Under the pieces are notes generated by a model, which saw nothing but the letters and a program-made list of their open reading frames with translations, searched no databases and was not told the origin of the DNA. A stretch of DNA of 63,615 nt, the filler included, from Conidiobolus incongruus B7586 (lineage: Eukaryota), in assembly GCA_000697335.1 (NCBI GenBank). It is 6 parts of 6 records of this genome, joined end to end, with 100 filler letters (N's around TTAATTAATTAA, not from the genome) between each part and the next. Parts side by side here need not be neighbours in the genome. Positions count along the whole stretch, not along the records: positions 1 to 7,618 come from JNEM01006421.1; positions 7,719 to 21,529 come from JNEM01006423.1; 4 more parts are not named here. One strand, 5' to 3'. This document shows positions 1 to 13,816 of the stretch, in pieces. Made by a program: the position numbers and the translations under genes. Numbering within the stretch: the stretch's first letter is position 1; every line of letters begins with the position of its first letter.

Positions 1-1069
1 TAATTTTAAAATTTATTTATATTTAAATCAATTAATAGTCAACAAAATTTTTTTATTTTGTTATTAATAAAAACTGACTATAGTTCCTTTGAAATAATTT
101 AAAATTGATAAAAAGCTTTTGTTATTAAAATATTATCTATATTCATTATTTATTATTAGATAAATCATTTTATAATTAATAAAAAACTATTTTAAAATTG
201 CTAAAATATAAAAAACTAATTGAAATAATTATTTTTTTTACTATTAATAAAGTTAACATAGGAATTAAAAGATATCTTTTTATTTTAATTAAATAATTAT
301 TTTGACACTTAAATATTAGTTATATAGGTAATTTAAATAAACTAAAGTTTAATTTAAAATCAATTAATAATAATACAAAGTATGAATCAAATAATTTAAC
401 GAAAGCTTAAAAAAAGCTAGAATAGCTATTATTTAATAAAACTTATTAAAATATAGCTAGAAACCAAAGCTTTTATAATAAATTATTATAATTGATAAGT
501 TTTAAGTTTTTTTATATAATTTTTTACCAAAATATAAATCAGGATATTAAGTTAAAATAATTTTTTTGATTAATTTATTTAAATCAATATTTTATTGATA
601 AGTAAATATTAGTTTTTTAATAAATTATAATTGAAAATACTATTTTTATTTAGTTTTTAAAGGAAAATTAATTATTAATAAATTTTATATTATTTTTAAA
701 AATAAAATTACTTTTAATTAATAGTTTTAATATTTAAAACTAAACTTATATAAAATTATTTAATCAAAAATAACAGGAAAAACCTACCAAATCTAATATA
801 TTACTTAAATTATAACCTATGTGATTATAATTTTTATAGGTAATTAAAAAACTAGCTTATAGAAAAGAAATTCTATTAGGAAATTTTAATTAATTTATTA
901 AATATCAAATTTTAGGCTTTAATAAAAAGCACTGTTTTTTAGAAATTAGAACTATACAAAAAATATAGCAAAAGCTATTAGAAATAAAAAAATATTATAT
1001 TTATATTATATTAAAATATTTGTTTATTTTTAATTATAAAAAATTCCAATTATTTAAATAATAAAATAA
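1..1069 (+). mobile_element. Degenerate mariner-family DNA transposon, 5' end cut by window edge
   Basis: Colinear with 62340-63483, e.g. 781-870 'aacctaccaaatctaatatattacttaaattataacctatgtgattataa' matches 63171-63220. Decayed YSPDxxPCDY motif. Right TIR remnant at ~1032-1069. Confidence 0.8.
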
Positions 1070-1620
1070 TATTATATTTTTTATAAATTAATAATTATTA
1101 ACTATTTTAACTTACTCAATTTTTATATAATATAAAATTCCAAATATTTAATATATTTATAAATATGATATTTTTATTGATAATTTAATTTTATTAGTTT
1201 ATAAAAAAATTATATTACTTTTTATCTAATTAAAATTAATAACTATATTAGAATATTTGTCTTATAACCGTAATTTATATAATATCAATATTCAATTAAT
1301 TTAACATATTTTATGTTAAATATTGTAAACTAATTTTTTAATAATTAAGGTTTAAAATGTTTTGATAAGCACAAAATAATTATATACACTGGAATGCTAT
1401 CTTTTTTAACAAAAGATATTTATAGCTTTAATTATTATCGGTTTTTTTGGGATGGTGAAAAAATATATGAATTGATTTAAAAAAACTAAAATTTAAGTGT
1501 TTAATTCAAAAGTTTAAAATATATGTATATATATATTATAATGAGAGTAATTATAAGAAAAATAGGTATATTTTGATTCTTTTAAAATGTAAATAGAAAT
1601 TTATTTAATGATATGATAAA

Positions 1621-3297
1621 TTATTCAGTTTTTGATTTAGTGTCAGTTTTTTGATTTCTTAATAGTAATTTAAATATGGAAAAGGTTATAAAAATAGCTG
1701 CAAAAATAGAAGAGATGACGAGTCCAGCAATGACAAACATTATATCCAACTTGTAAGCTTTGATAAAAGACATTCTCGTATCAGCTGACATATAAACTTC
1801 CAATTCGCATGGAATTTCAAAAGGTTTAGGGGTTTTGGTTTGTCTGCAAATTCTTGCAGATTGCGCATAATTTTCTAAAAAGAGGGCATGGCTCTCTCTG
1901 TCTTTGTTTTTAGTATGACTGATAGATTGAATATGCTTGATATTGGTTTTTAATTGATGATTGTCTTCTCGCACTAGATCTTGGATTTTAACAAATATTT
2001 CTTGAGGATTGGTCTCTAAAGGGTTGACAAAATCTCCTATCCCTCTGTTTTTGATTAGAATCGCATTACGTGGCTGATCGGCAAAAGAGGGCATACAAAG
2101 GATTGGCGTTCCAGAGTGAATCCCTTCGAATACACTCTCTAATCCTCCATGAGATAGGAAAAGCTTAGTATTGGAGTGGTTTAGAACAGCAACTTGTGGA
2201 GCCCAGCTGAGAGCTTTAATAGATGGGTGAGAACCATCAAGAATGCTTTTAGTTGAATAAGTTTGAGAGTTAGCTTCATAAGTTTTGGGGAAATCTTCGC
2301 GAATTGTTTTTCCAAGTCCCCAAATGACTCCATCAATAACTCCCTCATCAATAGATAGTTGAATTGCTTCCAACAACAATAGGATTAGCTTTTTATCAAG
2401 AATGAAATTTGATCCAAATGCAATATACATGACCCGATTGTTATCTAAAAACTGTTGTAATTCATCGGTCAAAGGAACTACATCTTTGTCCATTACAGGT
2501 CCAACTAATCTCAAATTTGATGGAATTGGCCGAGGATCATCGAACCCGATATATGTATTAGTGATTTTGAATACTTTGTGGAATGGTCCAAATGGATTCG
2601 TACTTGGAGGAATATTGAATTTAGCTCTTGCCTTATTGAGAGCTTGACTTAGCGGCATGAAGCGGTAGATCATCGTAATAGGATCGATAACTGAGATCTT
2701 GAACCGATCATAGAATGAGAGATGCTCAGTTGTAGTATCAATCACTTTTAGACCTTCAGTAATAAAAGGAGCACTTGCTATACCAAATTCTAAACCTTGA
2801 AAACCAGATATCACCGGAATTGAATGTTTCAAAGCGGCATCTAAACAAGGACTTGCGAAAAAATCACAAATGATCAAATCAACTTTTTGAGTTTTAAAAA
2901 GTTCTTCATATTTGGGGAAAGCAACATCATAAGATTCGCTTATCACTCTGCTAAAAAAGGGTACCATAAAAGCGATGAAATCTTTCAAGAGTTCTTGAAT
3001 GGAATTGTCCTTCAATATGGCACGATGGTCTTGGTCAATATTTCCCAAATCGTACACGCTGTAATTATAAGGTATATTAAATTTAAAATTATCTTGAACA
3101 GTTGCATAAGTTACAAAATGCCCACGATTTCTTAATACTTCTAATATCTCCATCAGGTATTTAACATGGGATCTTCCTCCAACTGTAGTAGAGAAAACAA
3201 TATTCAATGGCTCAGTCACTGATTCATTGATGACATGAAATGAGCTAAAGACTTGCGCAATAGATAAAATATTTAAAATATTTGAAATTAATTTCAT
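1621..3297 (-). CDS. UDP-glucuronosyl/UDP-glucosyltransferase (GT1), single exon, 558 aa
   Basis: N-terminal signal peptide, GGRSH catalytic-His motif, UGT signature WAPQVAVLNH...FLSHGGLESVFE...P..CMP.FADQPRNA, C-terminal TM helix and KSKTE tail. Confidence 0.93.
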   Translation of the reverse strand: MKLISNILNILSIAQVFSSFHVINESVTEPLNIVFSTTVGGRSHVKYLMEILEVLRNRGHFVTYATVQDNFKFNIPYNYSVYDLGNIDQDHRAILKDNSIQELLKDFIAFMVPFFSRVISESYDVAFPKYEELFKTQKVDLIICDFFASPCLDAALKHSIPVISGFQGLEFGIASAPFITEGLKVIDTTTEHLSFYDRFKISVIDPITMIYRFMPLSQALNKARAKFNIPPSTNPFGPFHKVFKITNTYIGFDDPRPIPSNLRLVGPVMDKDVVPLTDELQQFLDNNRVMYIAFGSNFILDKKLILLLLEAIQLSIDEGVIDGVIWGLGKTIREDFPKTYEANSQTYSTKSILDGSHPSIKALSWAPQVAVLNHSNTKLFLSHGGLESVFEGIHSGTPILCMPSFADQPRNAILIKNRGIGDFVNPLETNPQEIFVKIQDLVREDNHQLKTNIKHIQSISHTKNKDRESHALFLENYAQSARICRQTKTPKPFEIPCELEVYMSADTRMSFIKAYKLDIMFVIAGLVISSIFAAIFITFSIFKLLLRNQKTDTKSKTE

Positions 3298-3999
3298 TTT
3301 TTTAATATATAAGACTGATAAAATGATGAAATTCAGGAACCAGTGTTATATATATACATTTTAGGTTTTATTTAACCGCGAAATTTGGGCTAATAATATA
3401 ATATAATTTCATTATGATAATTTTGAAACAATGGTTTTTAATTGGTGGATCTTAAAAAATAGAATATAGTATGCATAAGTAATCAATTATTGGAGCTTGT
3501 AAATATACCACATTCCTATTAGAGACCTATATCTTTTAAAATATATGTATTCACCTCTCTGAATTATAAATATAGTAATTTTCATTGTATAACTTGATAG
3601 CATATACCTGAGGTAATATTAAAATAATAAAATTATATTAAAAAATGAATACCAATAATATTAATTTAAATCACTATATTCAATAAAATATGATTGAATC
3701 GAAATTGAATGGTTATTAAATTGCTACATTCTCTCATTAATTATATCAATTAAACTGGTCAAAATTAAAACGGAATTCATCAATTGTAGTTTATTAATAT
3801 CAGAAAATAATCTTCAGGAATTCATTAATAAATTAGAGAAAACTTATTGATATTCATTTATAAGTTGAAAGCAAACTCATTTGATTTCTTGACCAATGAA
3901 CTTGGAAAATATCATCATCATTTATATTAACACCCCTTGGGAAAGCGATGTCCAGAATAGTTCAGATAAAAGAGAGAGATTTGAGGAATTCCAGTTAAG

Positions 4000-4266
4000 T
4001 GTTAGGGAGATAGGGGGGTTTATTTGATTAAGTCAATTAGCTGGGAGGACCCAGATCGAACTCGTCTTGTTGAGGATAGCTCTAATTTCAGGTTTTATAT
4101 AGAGTGAGTTGGGTAAGGTGATTCATTAGATTCTCTGGTGACTTGCATCATGGGCCAATTAAAAAATAGAGTGAGAGCAGATGGTATGCAAGGGGGATAT
4201 GACTTTGGTTTTAGGTTGATGTAAAAATACTTGAGTAGAAGGGAGTCAGTCACCTGGCTCGTGACA
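4000..4266 (-). repeat. Solo-LTR-like element (family A)
   Basis: GC-richer island. Minus strand begins TGTCACG, contains TATATAAAA (4093-4101) then AATAAA (4019-4024), and may end ...CTAACA. Terminus 'gagtcagt...cgtgaca' is shared with 9286-9307. No TSD found. Confidence 0.45.
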
Positions 4267-7200
4267 ATATGAAATATTCATATTAAAAACATATTAAAAT
4301 AAACCAATTAATATGATTATTAGTATTCATTATTTTGTAAAAATTTTCAAAATAAAGAATTGATTTTGATATTATAATTTATACTTTAGTTAAGAAAATT
4401 TTAATTAAATATTTTCCAATTTATCAAACTAGAATATTCTTTAATTATTATAAAAAGTATTTAAAATAATGATAATATCAAAAGGATTTCAAATAAAATC
4501 CACAGCCTAAGATTTAACAGAAAACTAATATATTATTCAAAATATGTAGTATAATATTAACCAAATTATTGGTTGGATTATTTTAATTTAAAATGGATAT
4601 AATTGGAAATTTCTTAAAGTTGCCAAAAAATTCTAATTTTTTCTAGTCACGTTTCAGAATATTCATGCGTTTGACAATTTCTCATTTCGGGCAATATTTA
4701 AACCATTTCTATTTTGGTAGGTTTGATAAGGGGAGAACAAAAAAAACACAGTTTAATTGTTGATTGGATTCAGGGATAAATATATATTGATTAAGGAGAT
4801 GTGTGTCTCAAATTAGGTCAAATTATTAACAAATATTTGGATTATTGATATGTTAAAATCATAAAATTTTACATTAAGGCATTCTGCGAAAAAATTAAAA
4901 TTCTTAGGTCCGAATAATCAATTGTTATATATCCACATTTTTCAAAGTGTACTAATGAAATCAAGTTATGAAATATTTTTATCAAATTTTTTTATTAGTT
5001 TTTATAGTTTGATTTTTATGGGAAAGGAAAATATGAAAACCAGTGTTAAGTTTGAATATTTGTCAATTTATAAATGTTTTGCATGTAATAAAATATTACC
5101 ATTTATAAAATTATATAATCAAAAAATATAGATTTAGGTTTTATAATTCAGGCAAAATATTTTTTAAAAATAATAGGTTTAACTATTTGTATATTTTTTA
5201 TAGAATTAATTACCAGTTTTATATAGAATACATAATAATATTTATATATTTGTATATATTTGAGGTCCCTATTTTATGGTTGATTATATAATTTAAACCT
5301 TAGTCTTTTGTCCTTGACAAAAATTCAACAGAATAAATTGATTAACAAATATTCAATTAAGATCACATGATAATTATAATTTGAATTGATACAAGATCTT
5401 ATATATAAGTTATTCAAATTATTTCAACTCTTACAAATTATGGGTTATCATTATTTAATATCAATCAAATGTTGATTTAAGTATATTAATCTTTTTCAAG
5501 TATATCATTTTCAACTGACTAAGTTTTAAAAAGATATTGAAAAGGTTTGAGATATTTTAAATTTATGCTCTGATTAGGTATTAACCTCAATTTTTATATT
5601 TAAACGCTTATTTTATTTGACATTAATTAATATATTGGAGATAAATATTTACCAAGGGATTTATAATCCTTGATTCAAAATTATACATTGCTTTGCATTA
5701 TTTAATTATAAATAAATCCATCAAAAGTCTTAATTTTGATTAATTTTTAAATTAACTCAATAAACTTTAAATTGGTCAAGGTATTCAAAAATTACTATCT
5801 TTTAGAAAAATTGATGATAGTACTAATAAGGTTAATAAAGGGAAATGTTTCACGAAAAACTATCTTAAAAATGATTAAAGTAAATGACTACACAGAAATA
5901 TATTCGACGGCCAAAAAATATAAAAAACAATACTTATTTACTCTTGAAAGATATATTGAAAACTTTGTTTATTTAATATTCATTTTATATATTTTATTAA
6001 GAAGCTTATATGACTAAAATGTTCAAATCACAGTAATATTAATCATCATTTTTTTTAAAAAAACTAAAATAAAAAATGTATTAACTAAAAGGACATAGCA
6101 TATATAAACTAAAACCTAAGTTATAAATCAAATTATTACTATTATTAAAAGCTAATATCCATTATATGTATCATTAATTAATGAAAATTAAACAGTATAA
6201 ATTGAATAATACAATCTACATTTTTTAAAACCCAAAAAATTTCAAAGATGGTTTTAAACAAATAATATGGATTTATAATGGCTTAAGACAAGGTATTATT
6301 ACTACTAGCAATCCCAATCAAATTGTTATATATAATACATTATTAAAGAAAAACATAATAAATATTCATATCCATAATATTATAGTGATTGGCCTGTAAT
6401 TAATGATAATATTACCAAGTCCCACAAAGGAAGCATATTTAAGACAATATTAAAAGGATATGATTTTATTACCAAATTCATCCTACATTGCAAATATGAA
6501 CCCAATTGATTCTAATAGTTTTTGGATATCCAAGGGCACAATTGAAATGATGCAATAAAAAGTATCTACAATAAGATTAAAAAGCTCAAAATCAAAGGAC
6601 TTTGAATATGATTAGAAATATTGCAAAAAATTCAAAATATAAATTTTCCAATAAAAGGAATTTTTTAGTATTATGATATATATATATATATATATATTAT
6701 CAATTATAATTAAATTGTGTAAAAAATAAAATTTGACATCTATAATTTAAAAAACCTACTTTTTGACCATATGTTCTTATTTTATTTTTAAATTAAGAAA
6801 TTTTAATTGATATATTTATTTAATTATATCATTTGTATTTGATTTTTTAATATTTAAGAATTTTTTCTATATATAATTATATTATGGAAATTTACAATAG
6901 TATTAACTTCAATTTATATTTAAATATAATAATATTATCGATCTTCCTTATTTTCCTTTGTTAATTTTTAATCAGATTATATAAATATAAAAAAACTAAT
7001 TTTGTTTAATAAATCAAAATTTTCAATGATATTGTTTATTTTATATGATTATAAATTTATAATTTAACTTTTTATCAATAAGTCCATTTTGTCAATAAAT
7101 CAATATCATTATATTATAAATAATCTATTAAGTTAAAATTAGACTATAGTATCTATTAATTTCAAATATAATATATATTGGATTAAAATTTATTGTATTA

Positions 7201-7618
7201 ATATTTAATTCTTTGAATTAAAAATAATTAATATTATAATTCCTATAATATTAATTTGTTAATTATTTATTAATAATCGTTGATTAATATATTAATAAAA
7301 TAAAATAATATTTTTAATTTTATATTAATAAAGCCAGTTTGAATTAGAATAATAAATCTTGAAATTCATCAATAATATATTTTGAAAATTAAAATTTAAT
7401 GTAATTAATAATAAATATTTTATATAAGTTATTATAACAAATATACTTAATTCTTTCTTTATTATTAATAACTTGTTTTTGATATGTTTAATTAGTTTTT
7501 AATTTCAAAAAATATGTTTTTGTTTAACTATAAACTTTAATACTATATGAATTAATTTTATTTATTGATAAAAATTATTTTATATAATAATATAAGCTAT
7601 AATATATTGAATATATTA

Positions 7619-7718
7619 NNNNNNNNNNNNNNNNNNNNNNNNNNNNNNNNNNNNNNNNNNNNTTAATTAATTAANNNNNNNNNNNNNNNNNNNNNNNNNN
7701 NNNNNNNNNNNNNNNNNN
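7619..7718. other. Artificial assembly linker (44 N + TTAATTAATTAA + 44 N)
   Basis: Identical 100-nt structure at five places. The 12-mer gives stops in all six frames. Confidence 0.97.
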
Positions 7719-9089
7719 TATTGGTAAAATAATTTTGATTTATAAAAATTTATAATTTTTACTTATAAATAATATATTAAATCTTTTGAATATTCTATTA
7801 TATTAATATTATAAAGATTTATTAAAGTTTTAATAAAATATACTAAAATACAAAATTTTCATTATATTAATGAATTTTACAATTAAATGAAATATTATCT
7901 AAAATTAATACTATCAATAAAACATTGCTTTTAAACAATTAAATTAAAAAGCTTCAATTTTTAATTATCAAAAACCTTCAAAATGAGATATTGAATATTT
8001 TATAATTATATTTTAAAATTTGCATTTTGAAAATTATTAATTTTAAATAATCTAATAATAACTGATATTTTAATCTATTAGACAGATTTTGAAAATTGGG
8101 TAATTATTATTTGATTATTAAAATATTCAAAATCATATTTAAATATTTATATTCTTTTTTAAAATTTTGACTATAACTCAATTTATCAAAAGAACACATA
8201 AAATATATAAATGTTATAGATTATAATTATATTATGATATTGGGAATATTTATATTGTAATAATCAATAAATTTAATTTATTTAAAATATTTTAAATTCC
8301 TCAATCCTTGTGTCAATTTGTCTTTAAAATGTTAATGGCTACAATTGATATATATATATATATATATATTATTGAATTTTTAAAATCTCGTATTTTCTGT
8401 TTGGTCGGTGACATACAGGCTATCAACGCATTTTTCAAATTAAATTGACATTAAAAATTTCAAAGTGCGCAAACTTTTCCCCAAAAACCGTAAATTATTT
8501 AAATTGGTAATAGGGAAAAAAGTTTCCTTTTTAAATATATTAATTTACAGTTCATTTTATATTGGAGATGAATATACACAAATAATTCTTGTTTTTAATT
8601 CATATTTTTGAATTTGTTAAGGTGAATAAATAAAATTAGAGTCATTATTAAATTACTGAATAAAACTGACAAATGCTATGTCCTACTATTTAATTATATT
8701 TAGTATTCTCTGAGCCCTAAAATTTTGTATATTTATTCCAGTTTATAATTATGGTAATTTACACTGTTTCGGTGATAGTAATTCAACGTATATGTATATA
8801 TTATACCTTAAACACTATAAATTTTATTAATTATCACCTCAAAAGATCAGGGTAACAAAGCGATTGTATTTTTCATTTGAGCCAGTATTATCACCATTCA
8901 AGTCAATATAATCAGACAATATTTCGAAAGAAAATTCAATTATAAATTTACTGGATTAAAAGGGATCGATAAAACTGAAATCCAACTCCAAATCCTAAAT
9001 TTCTACCAATTTGGTACAAATACTAATCAACATTCACACCATTTAAACAAACAATGAATCAAGTTTTTTATATTGAATTAATTCATGAA

Positions 9090-9307
9090 TTCATTGGATG
9101 AAATCCAGGAGGTAGATATTTGGTATAGTTTAGAATTGCAAAGTTTTGTTAGGGATCGGAATATATTGGAGTAAGCACTAATTCTGTTTGGGTTAAAAGA
9201 GTTTAGATAATTTGTAAAAATTGTTGAATTGGACTGTTGGAGAAGTGGTATTTGATGGGCTTATGAAGGAGTACTTGTCAACTCCGAGTCAGTTATTCAC
9301 CGTGACA
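9090..9307 (-). repeat. LTR-like fragment related to 4000-4266
   Basis: Ends 'gagtcagttattcaccgtgaca' versus 'gagtcagtcacctggctcgtgaca'. Also shares 'tgttaggga'. Left boundary uncertain. Confidence 0.35.
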
Positions 9308-10340
9308 CTAGTGATCAAAATTGATATATAAATCCGAATTAAAGACATATTTTATACAAATTTGTAATCGTTGAATGATTGATATAATTTGATAATAATG
9401 AATATATATCAAGTCAATAAGGATTTTGTAAAAAATTCTATTCAATATTTAATCCTTTAAAATTTCAATATATTACTAATATATGAGTCATAGAAATTAC
9501 TGTCATAAATGAATAATAGTAGTAAATTATATAAATATCAAATGGTTTATATAGATATTGATGTGTTAATATAGAACTTTCAAATTTAAAAAATAATAAT
9601 GAAAAAGTTATTCCTATAGCACTCAATTTCTACAATATTATATTAATATTCTGTGTATATCACTGCACTTAAACAATGATATGATATCACTTTAATTCAA
9701 TATCTCACCAACTAATATTTAAATAATTAGATTTAAATGCTATAACCTTAATGAAGTATTTTCTATAAGGTAATTTAACAAAGTCAATCAAATCTTTTTA
9801 GATGATATTCAATCATATGATTACAAATTCATCATAACATAATAAAATTCTCCATATAATATAATTCTAGAGCTTTTATATAAGATCAACAATCTCAGCC
9901 AATCCCAAAAATACCATTAATATTGGTATCATTGAGATTATAACTGCTAACTAATTGAACCAAAATCTCAACACTCATAAATCAAAATAAAAATCTAATC
10001 TATAGTATTCATCCACTAAAAATCAAGATTTTGGTAAATTAATAATTAGAAAAAGGTCCATAATTAGAAAAGGATATGATTTCATACTTGTGTAAGAAAT
10101 CGGGTAAACAATTGGATGAAAACCTATTTGCACCCCCAACCAGACAGACCCTGATACCCAAATTAATATAAATTAAAATAAATTTTTTTGGATCATTTTG
10201 ATCTTTTTTGTTATTTATCATTAATTCTTTTTTTTTTTAAATCTAATCCAATATATATCAATTTTAATATAAATAGATTAATTCCGTCAGCTTGAGTATT
10301 ATTTATTCGAAAATATAATATAATATAATAATAGTTAGGG

Positions 10341-11905
10341 ATGATTGATTTATTAATGAATTTAATTTGTCAGAGTGGTCAATTTAAAAAACCTTCGACA
10401 ACGACATCGCGATACTTGAGTCTAATCACTTTGCAAATTGTCCAATCTATTCCCTTCATACTCAACTATCTGCCCTTCCTCTTCGGCCTCATATCTGCTA
10501 CGCTGACGAGGTTTTGTTGGTTGGAGTGGCAGTTCAATAATGAAGTTCATCCGATTTATATTCTCATATTAGTAATTAGCTCCGTGGAAGTATTGTTTTT
10601 CATATATTGTTGGAATTCCAATAAAAAACTCAATCAAGCGCAGTTACCAAAACGTCCTCATTTGAACAAGGAACAGAGGGCGAAAATTATTAAAATGTGT
10701 ACAGAGTCTATGGTCGATAGCGAGTACGTCGCAAAGGGCTGGCTGTCTATGGACAAAGAGCGAATGTTGCCAAATTCCAATTTGAACCGCAATCACGTGC
10801 TTGATTGGATTGGTTGGGCAGTATTCGGAAAATCGACCGCGGAACTCGATAGGGACGAACTGGAAGAAGCTGAAAACTATCTGGTTCAAGCTAATTTGGG
10901 CAGATTCTTAAAAGTATCGCCACTTAAGAATCAACCAACTATCAGGATGTTTAATCAGTTGAAGGTTCCCTTCCAATATATCCCACTTATGGCATATATT
11001 GTAGTGTATTTTATCAAGTATATCGGCTCATTACTATTCAAATTAATGCATTTTAATTACGAAAAAGTTGACGGCATTGATAATATCAGTTATTGGATTA
11101 GATTTAATAAAGACTCAAAAGACCCCCCGATAATATTCTGTCATGGTGTCGGCATTGGTAAGTTGTTTCGATAACGATTTCAATCAATACTTATGCAAAT
11201 ATTTAGGGCCTGTCACCTATTCCCTATTTATTTATAGACTAGCGCAAATTTACCCCAACCGCACAATCGTCGTTCTCCAGCTCGACTACCTGAGTATGGG
11301 ACTGGTAGAGAAACCTGTATCGCGAGAGAATCATCTCAAGTTCTTCGATGCGATTTTTCAACGCTACAACTTTGAGTCCGCTCACTGGATATCACACTCC
11401 TTCGGCTCTTTTCTTATATCTGGTGTTGCCAGTCTACGACCCCAACTGGTGCAAAATTTAACATTTATTGATCCTGTATGCTTCAATTTGTTGGATCCTT
11501 ACTTAGTGAATCAAGTGTATCATGGACCTCTCAAATCCATATCTTTCCAATATATATTGAGATATTTGATCGCTTACGAATTTTCCGTAGTGCGATTCTT
11601 TTTGAGGAATTTTTGGTGGTAAGAAACATTCCAATTTAACCCAATCTAACAATTCACTAATTCTTAACTAAATTAGGGAGGAGATGGTATTCTTCCCCGA
11701 CTATATGCACCAACTTAAGGGCCACGTCCAAGTGTACCTCTCTGAGGATGATCTACTCGTAGATTGTAACAGAACTTCCCTATTCTTTAAAAATTATTTC
11801 CGATTTGACAATTTCAATTACAGTACTCTAAAATCCATTCCCCATGGTGGTTGTCTATGGAATTTGGAATTAATAGACGATCTTTTAATTAATTTAAAAC
11901 AATAA
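10341..11905 (+). CDS. Alpha/beta hydrolase with N-terminal TM segments, 3 exons (introns 11158-11206, 11619-11676)
   Basis: Splicing joins the three ORFs in frame: PIIFCHGVGIG|PVTY and RNFWW|EEMVF. Nucleophile elbow SHSFGS, FIDPVCF, DDLLV, and C-terminal HGG. Start codon uncertain. Confidence 0.85.
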
Positions 11906-13161
11906 TCACAATATCATAATCAATGATAATAAAATTTTTACTAACCTTTTTTCATATATTCTATAGTTTGGTTAATCAGTTGCCAATTCTATATTTGATC
12001 CATCGAAAATACTAAAGCCAAATTAATTAACTATGAGAAAAATATGTCAAAATAATTAATTTTCAAATGATAATTAATTAAATCATATTAAACTTAAAAG
12101 CTCCAAATCCTATCCAAGTTCCATTATTACATATTGAACCACCCAAACTTGAATAGATCCTTCAATTGATGTTGTAATATATTGATCACTGTTAATGATA
12201 TCAATCTTTTAAATAGAATTTTTCTTTATTTGCTACAATTCTTTTTACATTAATTTTTCATGTTAATTATAATGATATAATTTAATATGTTAAACTAGTA
12301 TTGAGAAATTTCAAAGATAGTTATAATTTAATTATTTTTTTTGAATGATTGGATGACAATTTGTTAAATGTGGAAGGAAAATAATCATTTATATAATAAT
12401 TATTCTATTTAGTATTAGGTATATCCTTAAATTTGATACTTTTTAGTGTATATAGTTATTGAATAACTTCATTAGTAAGCATATTTACTATCAAGTTAGC
12501 ACATGAATTTACATAATATTCTATATACTTTGCCAATATTTCTTTTAGATAATTTTAGTTTCTTGATTATATTGGAAATATTGGTGCGAACTAACAGGTT
12601 TGAATTGGATGATTACTTGAGAATTTAGAATTTAAGATATAAAGATTCGATTTCAGCTGATATAATGTATTAATTAGTCGAAATTGTGTCTTTATATGTA
12701 GCAATTTACAATGAATATATTGATTTCGTCAAACTTACTGAATCTAACTATTCAATATCTTGATAGATTATCATATTTTTCAGGACTTTAACAAGAAAAT
12801 AACTTCAATGATTTAATAAATTGTATTCAAATCAATTTGTGTGATTATATAGTTCAATATATTCCAACAAATTAATAGTAAATTTAATAATATAAACGGT
12901 GTATTCAATTGAACTCATTAATATGAAACCTATTTATATGCTGCCTATAAGATTTAATGAAAAAATAAAATATTTAAAAATCATTTTTATTATATAATAT
13001 ATTGAAATTTTTTATTATTAGATAACAATTTATCTATTCTCCAAGAAAATTAATTATCAAGATATATTGTTATTAAATGTTTTCATTTATTCCAATAAGA
13101 TACTATATATTTGATAAATTATTATAAGATTGTAATTTTTAATATATTGTGGTTACATAAA

Positions 13162-13467
13162 TGGTAACCCGCCCGACCAACTTCATCTCGCGATCTATTA
13201 CTTTATGGATTCTTAACCCCAAAAGACCTATCACACCACTTCAAGGTCTCATTCTCCTAGCAACCCAATACATTTCTTTACACAACCTAAAGCCGACATT
13301 TGGTCTATAAAAGATACACTATCATCATCACCTACGGTCCTCTGTGAAGCCCATTAAACCATTAACAAACCCTAATAAAACACCCTAACCTAAACTATCA
13401 AACAGGTCATAAACAAGTCGCTTCCTTATCTATTATTAACGTACTACTAGCAGTGGGTAGAACTACA
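13162..13467 (+). repeat. ~300 bp dispersed repeat, solo-LTR-like (family B), copy 1
   Basis: Ordered blocks shared with 47655-47970: cacttcaagNtctcatt, gcYgaca..tggYctataaaag, catcatcacct..ggtc.tc.gtgaagcccat, taataaaa, tatcaaaca. Starts TG and ends ACA, with TATA followed by a polyA signal. Confidence 0.7.
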
Positions 13468-13816
13468 ATATTTAATAAAAATTAATATCAACTCAAGTCA
13501 ATATTAAAAAAGTTTTCCCTAAATATTTTAAAATATTTCCAAGTTATTAAGAAATAATTAACATTATATAAATTTGTTTTAAGAAAATTAAATAATATTT
13601 AAATTTGAATATTTAATACTATTAATAAAAACTTAAAATGTATTGATGTGTTATAAACTTTAAAATTCTAAAAAAAGAATAAAATTAATATCATTTTTAT
13701 TCAGTTTAATAAATAATATGACAAATAAAGATATTAAATGTAATATTTTTCAATATATATTTTTTGTCAAATATAAACCCAAAATTAACTTTATTAATAA
13801 TTATTAATTATAAATT

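Noticed and set aside
4922..6017. Short I/K/F/L/Y-rich ORFs (also 10039, 14817, 25390, 38813, 49467, 59903)
   Set aside because: Composition reflects AT-rich noncoding DNA. No homology cues or splice partners.
6384..6560. Faint IS630/Tc1-like words (VINDNITKSHK...LLPNSSYIANMNPID..FW..K)
   Set aside because: Requires a frameshift, motif spacing is off and no TIRs were found. Too weak to call without an HMM search.
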